From assembly GCA_019057375.1 (NCBI GenBank), contig DXJF01000097.1, forward strand, positions 48,101 through 72,100: 24,000 nucleotides of DNA. The letters are read 5' to 3'. The position numbers and the translations under genes are program-made. The first letter of the stretch is position 1, and each line of letters begins with the position of its first letter. This document shows, in pieces, positions 1 to 6,072 of this stretch. The notes below the pieces were generated by a model that was not told where the DNA came from, did no database searches, and worked only from the letters and a program-made list of their open reading frames with translations. Origin of the DNA: Candidatus Heimdallarchaeota archaeon (lineage in GTDB: Archaea > Asgardarchaeota > Heimdallarchaeia > Heimdallarchaeales > Heimdallarchaeaceae).

Positions 1-371
1 GATCCAGAAGATTTGATGGGACCTAAAATATTAGCATCTTGACCAATTTTTGCAGAGCCACTAAACCTAGCAGAAGATTCGCTCACAAGTCCACCAGATA
101 TACCAAAGGATCCAGAACTTCTAACTGTACCCAAAGAAGTTAAGTTTCCTTCACCTTTTAATGATCCTGAGGTTTTTATTCCAGCACATTTAAAATCTCC
201 AGCAAGTCTTCCTGAACCTGAAATTTTGACAAATTTAGGAATAACTCCACCGGATATATTTGATGATCCAGAGATTTTAACTAAATCTTCTGATTCCTTT
301 AAACTTCCAGCAGAGCTGATTGTAGCTCTCTGTTCAACATTTTCGTTTGTTTCTTTAATTGTTTTTTCCAT
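1..371 (-). CDS. Bactofilin-like polymer-forming protein, partial (C-terminus runs off the window start)
   Basis: Absent from the ORF track because it has no stop inside the window. My minus-strand translation from ATG (371-369) reads MEKTIKETNENVEQRATISSAGSLKESEDLVKISGSSNISGG...KCAGIKTSGSLKGEGNLTSLG...FSGSAKIGQDANILGPIKSSG. This is the same G/S-rich short-period repeat as the gene immediately upstream. It starts 30 nt after that gene's stop. Confidence 0.55.
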   Translation of the reverse strand, partial: MEKTIKETNENVEQRATISSAGSLKESEDLVKISGSSNISGGVIPKFVKISGSGRLAGDFKCAGIKTSGSLKGEGNLTSLGTVRSSGSFGISGGLVSESSARFSGSAKIGQDANILGPIKSSG

Positions 372-401
372 TTATTTCACCTTTCTGTTTCATTATCTTA
401 A

Positions 402-1307
402 TTACAATCTTAGTTTTTCATGGCTTATTTTTACTGGCTCATTAGCTAAATCTGCTCTCTTGTTAACATCTATGTAATCAACATAAAAAACAGTACCTTC
501 TACATTGGTAAATGGTCCAATCTCGACTTTGAGACCTTTAACATCGCCGTCTACATTGGTATTAGCCAAATAAACTTCCCCAGTACCTAAAACATGCCCT
601 TCAATTATTGATTTCTTAAGAGATCGAAATCTTAGACCAAGGAAATCCTTTCCTTTATTGATAAGAATATCATCGCCTACTAAATCACCTTCGACCATAA
701 TTCGTCCAGCCGCTTCAACAATTCCTTGAGATAATAGGTTACCTTCAATTCTAGCAGAACCTGAAAATTTTGCTCCGCTTTCAGCTTGTAAAAGTCCTCC
801 AGTAGTAAAACTACCAGCTGCTACAATTCTGCCTTTGAGAATAGTTTCTAAGCCTACTTTTGTAGAACCTGCGAATTTTGCATCTTGATCTCCATGTAAG
901 AAACCAGCGCACTTAAAAGATCCAGCAGTATTGATGTCTCCATGGGCAGTAATGCTACCATTACTCTTTAGGGAACCAGCAGATTTCAAGTTGTTACATT
1001 CAACATCATTTTCAATTTTTCCAGAACCTGCGATGCGAATATCCTTTCCAACATACCCTCCTGAGATTTTAGTTGATCCAGCAACTGATAGAGATTTATC
1101 AGTTGATACCTTAACTCCTGAAGTATAAATCTGAGAAGCTTCTTTGTGTTGTTCAAAATTTTCTTTAGCATCATCAAGCTTTTGGAGATAACGTTCTTTT
1201 AATTCAACATAGTTTTGTTTATCGATTTCTCCTTTGTCAAACCTCTTTTCCAAGAGTTCTAATAATTCTTCATACATTTTGACTTCGTTTTTAGACAATT
1301 GTATCAC
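402..1307 (-). CDS. Bactofilin-like polymer-forming cytoskeletal protein with an N-terminal SHOCT-like coiled region
   Basis: 301-aa ORF. The N-terminus ELLEKRFDKGEIDKQNYVELKERYLQKL resembles SHOCT-type helices. The remainder is repeated xGSxKxxGxIxxxGDIxxAGS / VEGDLVGDDILI / VEGTVFYVDYIDV units typical of bactofilin beta-helix proteins. Confidence 0.6.
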   Translation of the reverse strand: MIQLSKNEVKMYEELLELLEKRFDKGEIDKQNYVELKERYLQKLDDAKENFEQHKEASQIYTSGVKVSTDKSLSVAGSTKISGGYVGKDIRIAGSGKIENDVECNNLKSAGSLKSNGSITAHGDINTAGSFKCAGFLHGDQDAKFAGSTKVGLETILKGRIVAAGSFTTGGLLQAESGAKFSGSARIEGNLLSQGIVEAAGRIMVEGDLVGDDILINKGKDFLGLRFRSLKKSIIEGHVLGTGEVYLANTNVDGDVKGLKVEIGPFTNVEGTVFYVDYIDVNKRADLANEPVKISHEKLRL

Positions 1308-1465
1308 TATGATACCAATAACATCGCTTTATTTAATCATTTTTTTAATTGGTTAGAACAAGTGCTTAATCGCCAGGTTAAACGTTTTTAATATCAAGGT
1401 AAAGAGGATAAACCATATAGCTTAAGGTTAAACCAACCAGTGAAAAAATCCACAAAAGGTAAGAA

Positions 1466-1507
1466 TGGTGCGGGGAGGGAGATTCGAACTCCCGAACCAC
1501 TAAGGAA
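1466..1507 (-). repeat. tRNA-Leu(UAA) 3'-end fragment (CCA, acceptor 3' strand, T-arm, variable arm); distal att-like direct repeat
   Basis: tggtgcggggagggagattcgaactcccga is identical over the first 30 nt to 6073-6102 of the intact tRNA gene. The next 12 nt (accactaaggaa vs actactaaagaa) have 2 mismatches. Similarity then degrades at about 1508. Confidence 0.85.
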
Positions 1508-1525
1508 AGGTGTTTTTTTATCGTG

Positions 1526-1533
1526 TTTAAATA
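1526..1533 (+). promoter_or_regulatory. Possible archaeal TATA box for a leaderless TnpB-like transcript
   Basis: tttaaata is centred about 26 nt upstream of the first ATG (1556) of the ORF, which is the spacing expected for archaeal TATA-to-TSS and a leaderless mRNA. AT-rich background makes this weak. Confidence 0.25.
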
Positions 1534-1555
1534 TCAAATTACAGATATAAAAGTG

Positions 1556-3481
1556 ATGAATTCTGTGCTTGTAAAAGATCTCGAAGAAGAAAAGGAAGTT
1601 CAAAAAACCTATTCCTTAGTTCTTAGATTTCAAAATCTAGCACAAAGAAAAGAAGCTAACCATCGAGTCAGCGATTTAGAAGATAAACAATCACTATTAC
1701 TATATGATACTTCTACTCAAAAAATTGCAAGAGATTTAGCTCGCGAAAATCCAAATGTTTCATTTCCTATTTCTAAAATCCAAAAATCTTCGAGGAGCAG
1801 TTCAAATATCTCTTTCAGTGCTTATAATTGGTTGTTTGCAGCATCAAAAGTGTCTGTTGATAAGGAAAAGAAAGTAGCTGATTTATTCCAGTTTCTGTTA
1901 CAAAATCCACAGCAAGCAATTGAATGGGTGATTCTTGGACGTTCTCCCTATACTGAAATTTCTCTTTCGAAGAAATGGAGAGTAGATTATGTATATGTTA
2001 TAAATCTCTTGACAAGTACTAGACGAAAAACTAACACTTATTGGAAAAAGAATTTTACTATGAGCTTTAAAGAAAAGCAACTAGAGTTCAATTCAAAGCT
2101 TCCAAAGACAACACAATTTGAAGTTGAACAAGCAATACAAGACTGCTATGAAGTAAAGGTAGAAGAGTATGCAAAATTGAAGAAAACTACTGAAAAACAA
2201 TATACTTTTCTTGATAAATTAGCTTTGGTAGTGAAACATAAGTATGTTATAGCTCCATATGTAACTTCTTGGATTAATCTTTCTCAAAAAGCTCGGTGGA
2301 AAAGCTTAAAGCAACTGAGTAAACAACTTGCTGAAACGATTGGTCAAATCAATGAAAAACTCCATTCTACAATAAGATTGATAGTAGTTTTTGCACTCTT
2401 CTCAAAACTGTGGGGGACTGTATCTAAATTAATTGATTCAACTAATCCAGAAGAAGTTGTAAGTTCTCCGTTTGAAAGAAAAAAAGCGAATTTACCAATT
2501 AAAATGTTAATGAAACATGAATATGACATAATTCGACCTGGTAACTCTCAAAAGATGACACAACTTGCTAAAGAACAAGGATGCTTTGAACTTGGATTTC
2601 CATGTAAAGGAAAAAAAAGAATAACAGGTAATCTTCTGTTTACAGAAAAAATTATCGAATATCTGAAAAATGGTGCTAGTGTAAGAATCTTACAAATTAA
2701 AAGTGGAAAAGCTCCTAACTACAAACCCAAGATTTCAGTTGTTCTTCATGGTACTCCTAGCATGTTTGTGAGCACCAAACTAGCACAAAAATATGCTAAC
2801 AGTATGAATCTCACTGCTGCTAATATCTTAGGGCTAGATGTCAATAGAGTAGGAAAACACATGTTGTCGTTCTCTAATGAAGTTCCATTGGATTCTAGAT
2901 TGAGATCTTTATCAAACCATTACCTCTCCTTAACAAGAAAAGAAATTCCAAGATTGAGTAACTCACTAAAAACTAAAGGTAAGCAAAAAGATAGTTATGG
3001 TTATATTAAAACAAAGGGTGAGCTAAATAGGATATATAACAAAAGAACTAATATAATTAAGGAAATTAAGAGAATAATACCACATTACATTGCGGGAGTT
3101 ATTATCAAGAGTAAGTGTAAATTTTTTTGTATAGAAGAGTTTCGTAAGAATCCAAGAGGGAAAAGAGGTGCATTAGCAAAAGCAATATACAACATGCCTT
3201 ACGAAGACAATATTTTTGAAAAAGCAGTCCAGATTGCGACTCACATTCTTAGTTATAAAGTGAAACTTGTATATGTAAGTGCTCGTAACACAAGTAAATA
3301 TCATTATAGTTGTAGAGGTGTGATTCAAAGAGATCTTAAAAATTATGATTATGCTCTCTGTAAAAAATGTGGTGAACGAGTAAATACACATATTAATGCT
3401 GCTAAAAACATTGCGAAGAAAGGAGAAACAATAATAAAGCAAATCAAGCTTCCCCTAGACGCCGCTAAGGGGACGGGGTAA
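1556..3481 (+). CDS. Large TnpB/Cas12-like RuvC-fold protein (putative RNA-guided effector) with a non-canonical RuvC-III motif
   Basis: ORF track 1523..3481 starts at a GTG; the first ATG is 1556. The C-terminal core contains ILGLDVN (RuvC-I), FFCIEEF (RuvC-II), ARNTSKYHYSC...CKKCG (zinc finger) and NTHINAAKNI (RuvC-III signature xxDxNAAxNI, with His in place of Asp). About 430 aa precede RuvC-I. Confidence 0.75.
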   Translation: MNSVLVKDLEEEKEVQKTYSLVLRFQNLAQRKEANHRVSDLEDKQSLLLYDTSTQKIARDLARENPNVSFPISKIQKSSRSSSNISFSAYNWLFAASKVSVDKEKKVADLFQFLLQNPQQAIEWVILGRSPYTEISLSKKWRVDYVYVINLLTSTRRKTNTYWKKNFTMSFKEKQLEFNSKLPKTTQFEVEQAIQDCYEVKVEEYAKLKKTTEKQYTFLDKLALVVKHKYVIAPYVTSWINLSQKARWKSLKQLSKQLAETIGQINEKLHSTIRLIVVFALFSKLWGTVSKLIDSTNPEEVVSSPFERKKANLPIKMLMKHEYDIIRPGNSQKMTQLAKEQGCFELGFPCKGKKRITGNLLFTEKIIEYLKNGASVRILQIKSGKAPNYKPKISVVLHGTPSMFVSTKLAQKYANSMNLTAANILGLDVNRVGKHMLSFSNEVPLDSRLRSLSNHYLSLTRKEIPRLSNSLKTKGKQKDSYGYIKTKGELNRIYNKRTNIIKEIKRIIPHYIAGVIIKSKCKFFCIEEFRKNPRGKRGALAKAIYNMPYEDNIFEKAVQIATHILSYKVKLVYVSARNTSKYHYSCRGVIQRDLKNYDYALCKKCGERVNTHINAAKNIAKKGETIIKQIKLPLDAAKGTG

Positions 3482-3546
3482 ATAAACCCCTCAAGTAAAC
3501 CTAAAGTTTCTACGAGAACCTAGTAAACTTCATTACGTGCGTGGAA
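3440..3546 (+). ncRNA. Candidate omega-RNA/reRNA-like scaffold overlapping the 3' end of the TnpB-like ORF
   Basis: Four G4/C4 tracts lie within 40 nt in an AT-rich context. Hairpin 1 is cccctag(3452-3458)/ctaagggg(3465-3472). Hairpin 2 is gggg(3475-3478)/cccc(3487-3490) and spans the stop codon (3479-3481). The position is analogous to TnpB omega-RNAs. There is no expression evidence. Confidence 0.2.
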
Positions 3547-3558
3547 CGGATGACTTAT
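3543..3558 (-). repeat. Short tRNA-Leu-derived fragment (anticodon-stem 3' strand plus intron start)
   Basis: ggaacggatgacttat compared with copy 2 ggaacggatttcttat (3649-3664) gives 14/16 matches, including a 9-nt exact core. Confidence 0.5.
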
Positions 3559-3610
3559 TATTTTAATAAATAATAGTTAGCTTAGATAAGAAAAATAGAT
3601 TTGAAAAAAT

Positions 3611-3714
3611 TGGTGCGGAGAGGGAGATTCGAACTCCCGAACTACAAAGGAACGGATTTCTTATCTATTCTCTAACCCTTATCTTAGGTTTAAAACTAAG
3701 ATCTTAAGTCCACC
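3611..3714 (-). repeat. Truncated tRNA-Leu(UAA) copy (3' exon, intron, anticodon loop and 5' anticodon-stem strand; no D-arm or 5' acceptor); att-like direct repeat
   Basis: It aligns column by column with 6073-6176 of the intact gene. The exon part has about 3 mismatches in 47 nt. The intron part has about 10 mismatches plus a 1-nt indel in 44 nt. It diverges completely after tcc(a/g)cc. The acceptor 3' strand is mutated (TCTCCGC). Confidence 0.85.
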
Positions 3715-3760
3715 TTGAAACATAAAAGTATTAAAGGTTTAAAAGACAAAATAGGATTAA

Positions 3761-4639
3761 ATGTCTAGTAAAAATTGGGACACTGTAATAGAGTTACTAG
3801 AAACAATCACGCCCTCATATTACTTAGAAAAGGAGCTTAAAGCTACATTCAAATCTAATCTCCAATATAGAATAGGAAAATACTCTGAGAATTGTCGATA
3901 TTTCTTTCAGGAAGGTTTCGAAAAAAAATATTCAAATATTATTCCATCAGCAATAATTGTACCAAGGAAGTCAGGAACTAATATAAGCAAAATCGCAAAT
4001 GAAGCTGTTATATATTTTAAACAAAGCTTGGAATTGTTTAAAACATTGGATAACGTTGAAGAAAATGTGAGTCCATTATTGGAATATTATGGATTATTAC
4101 AATGTGTTAAGGGAGTAGTAATTTTAGAATTAGATGTGAAAAGTGACAAGATATTTAGTAAGCATGGTTTAACTCAAGAAACAAGATTTCATTCAAAAAT
4201 AGATGAACCAAAATCAACAAAAAAATATAAACTAAAAATGATTAAGAGAATTAAGCCATCAAAATATATCAACGCTAAAATTATGCCTTATGGTGTTTTA
4301 ACATCTTTAATCATTCGTTTCACAGATCATTATGATGAACTTTATTCTGACAGAGACATATACAAAATAAGTAAGCATTCTATGGATAAATACGTAACAG
4401 GATACTATAGACCTTCATTAGAAGAAATAACAACCAATCATCATGTAGATCCAATAATTGCTTTCATAGGTTCTTGGATGTTATCAACATTGGTAAGATA
4501 TAAAGCAAAAATGTGGCAAGAAATATGTTTGGGAGAAAAAGATGACATAATAAATAATATTAGAAAATTTAGGAGGGAAAAAATACCTAAAGCAGTAGAA
4601 ACTATGCTAATGGATTATGTAAGAAAGAGCTCTTGGTAA
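3761..4639 (+). CDS. YaaC-like protein (uncharacterised family)
   Basis: 292 aa. The blocks KYSENCRYFFQEG, SPLLEYYGLLQCVKGVVIL, SKHGL and LSTLVRYKAKMWQEI parallel, in the same order, the blocks I recall from B. subtilis YaaC (NCYRFLYYLEHG, PVLLFYGLSQLIKACLL, AHGV, ICRYETEWWSEL). The comparison is from memory. Confidence 0.5.
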   Translation: MSSKNWDTVIELLETITPSYYLEKELKATFKSNLQYRIGKYSENCRYFFQEGFEKKYSNIIPSAIIVPRKSGTNISKIANEAVIYFKQSLELFKTLDNVEENVSPLLEYYGLLQCVKGVVILELDVKSDKIFSKHGLTQETRFHSKIDEPKSTKKYKLKMIKRIKPSKYINAKIMPYGVLTSLIIRFTDHYDELYSDRDIYKISKHSMDKYVTGYYRPSLEEITTNHHVDPIIAFIGSWMLSTLVRYKAKMWQEICLGEKDDIINNIRKFRREKIPKAVETMLMDYVRKSSW

Positions 4640-4721
4640 CAGCTTAAAGAGTATTCATAAGTACTACAAAAGCTTAAAAAATAATGAATGAAAAAGGAAG
4701 GAGAGAAAGGAGGGGAGACAA

Positions 4722-6065
4722 GTGCAAGAGGATAATAGCGAAAATTTAGCTGAGCCAATAGGAATTAAAGAATTAGGAAAGAGAATAATTCTTCTCCCTT
4801 ATCACATTATAAGGCTCATAGTAAATAATGTTTTACTATTTATTTTAGGAAGTATAGAAAATGGAGTAATAATTGTAAGAGCAAAAAAAAGTATCAAGAT
4901 TGAAGAAGGAATAAAAAAACTCATACAGGAAAACGAATGTATTCTAAGAAAAAGTATCTACTTAAAGAAAAACGATAGTATAGACGAGATTAAACCAGAA
5001 GAGGAAGAAGAGCAAGAAGTAAAACGAATAAATGTTTTGAATAGAATAATGGCTATAGTAGTAATTTCAATAGTTTGGTCGTTTCAAATTGTGTTGAGAG
5101 TCATAGTTTGGATATTTATCTTGATTAATTGTTTAACCATTAGAAAGAAAGTAGGTTTAAAGGAGTGGGAAGAGAATAATTTGGGATATTACAGAGAAAC
5201 CATAAAATATCTTACAGGTATTAGTGAAGAAATACCTTTTTGGAAAGAATTAGGTGGTTGGGGCGAAGGTTTATTATTTATATTAGTATTTGATTTGGTT
5301 GTTATTAGGAATGGATTCTTAAGATTGTGTAGGATAATTCTTGGAGATACTTACAGTTATTATTTGATTATTTCGTTAGTATATATCATAATTTTCGTAA
5401 TTCTTATACCAAAATATCTGAAGTTTCCAAGTAAAAGTGGGGAAAGGAAAACTAAGCAAATAGTAAGAAGAATAGGAGTAAAAAAACCAAAAAGTATAGC
5501 AAGGACTCTCTTAATTGTGATTCTACTATTAGCAATTAAATTAGGAATTATTTATGGAATATCCTTGCTAATAGATTATAATGTAGAAAATTTTATTTTC
5601 CCAGTAAATACAGGTTATATAATTGCAGTAAGTATGAGTGCAGGTATTGCTGAAGAAATAATATACAGGGGATATGTAATAGAAGTAACAAAAAGAAAAT
5701 ATGGAACTTTAGTAACTATGATAATTTCAGGGTGTCTTTTTGGACTTGCACATTTTGCGCTTAATCCATCCATTTATAGTTTTGTTCAGATGTTGTTCGT
5801 AACCTTTATAGGAATAACATATGCGTATTTCAGAATTCTATCAGATTCATTGATAGGACCAATAGTCATGCACACAATATATGACATAATTGTACTATCA
5901 GTAGTATATACAACAGAAAAAATACCTGATTATGTCGTGTATTTGATAGCAATTACATTGAGTATTATAATAACAATAATTTCAATTAATTTGCTGAAAC
6001 TAATATACAAAGACAAAGAACTATTGATATTTAAGAAAAGAGGGAAAGAACAGAAGGAAGGATAA
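4722..6065 (+). CDS. Polytopic membrane protein with a C-terminal CPBP (CAAX protease / bacteriocin-processing, Abi) intramembrane metalloprotease domain
   Basis: 447 aa with a GTG start preceded by the purine-rich aggaggggag. There are many hydrophobic segments. The three CPBP motifs occur in order: AEEIIYRGY (EExxxR), LFGLAHF (FxxxH) and MHTIYD (HxxxD/N). Confidence 0.7.
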   Translation: MQEDNSENLAEPIGIKELGKRIILLPYHIIRLIVNNVLLFILGSIENGVIIVRAKKSIKIEEGIKKLIQENECILRKSIYLKKNDSIDEIKPEEEEEQEVKRINVLNRIMAIVVISIVWSFQIVLRVIVWIFILINCLTIRKKVGLKEWEENNLGYYRETIKYLTGISEEIPFWKELGGWGEGLLFILVFDLVVIRNGFLRLCRIILGDTYSYYLIISLVYIIIFVILIPKYLKFPSKSGERKTKQIVRRIGVKKPKSIARTLLIVILLLAIKLGIIYGISLLIDYNVENFIFPVNTGYIIAVSMSAGIAEEIIYRGYVIEVTKRKYGTLVTMIISGCLFGLAHFALNPSIYSFVQMLFVTFIGITYAYFRILSDSLIGPIVMHTIYDIIVLSVVYTTEKIPDYVVYLIAITLSIIITIISINLLKLIYKDKELLIFKKRGKEQKEG

Positions 6066-6072
6066 AGGAAAA

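Larger units (their letters stand above)
1508..3546 (+). mobile_element. Candidate non-autonomous TnpB-only (IS1341-like) unit inserted into a tRNA-Leu fragment
   Basis: The tRNA-derived sequence that stops at ...ctaaGGAA (1500-1507) resumes at GGAAcggatgacttat (3543-3558). This matches ...aaaGGAAcggatttcttat of copy 2 (3646-3664). The roughly 2.04 kb in between holds only the TnpB-like ORF plus its 3' structured tail. GGAA is present at both junctions. No tnpA is present. Confidence 0.4.
3715..6072. mobile_element. tRNA-proximal integrated islet (about 2.4 kb) with no recognisable integrase; cargo is a YaaC-like protein plus a CPBP protease
   Basis: It is bounded on the right by the intact tRNA-Leu 3' end (6073) and on the left by the 104-nt direct repeat of that tRNA (3611-3714). 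This is the classical layout of tRNA-targeting integrative elements. Confidence 0.5.

Noticed and set aside
226-477. 83-aa plus-strand ORF.
   Set aside because: It overlaps the end of one minus-strand bactofilin-like gene and the start of the other. It is hydrophobic low-complexity sequence, most likely spurious.
1375-1434. Recurrent AGG(T/A)TAAAC words at 1375, 1405 and 1425 between the bactofilin promoter and tRNA fragment copy 1.
   Set aside because: These are short, A-rich motifs in an AT-rich intergenic region with irregular spacing of 30 and 20 nt. I cannot distinguish them from chance without comparative data.
3611-3714. The truncated tRNA-Leu copy could be the 3'-half gene of a split tRNA (Nanoarchaeum/Caldivirga style).
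   Set aside because: Its acceptor 3' strand is mutated to TCTCCGC. I found no matching 5' half (GCGGAGA followed by a D-arm) in the window. It retains the anticodon loop and 5' stem strand, which a 3' half would not need. The direct-repeat geometry relative to an intact gene fits att remnants better. A genome-wide search for a complementary 5' half would settle it.
1508-6072. I searched for an integrase/recombinase or a split SSV-type int gene flanking the tRNA repeats.
   Set aside because: None of the three ORFs shows R..HxxR..Y tyrosine-recombinase or serine-recombinase motifs. The ORF fragments crossing the repeats (e.g. 1394..1603 minus) are low-complexity translations of the tRNA fragment itself.
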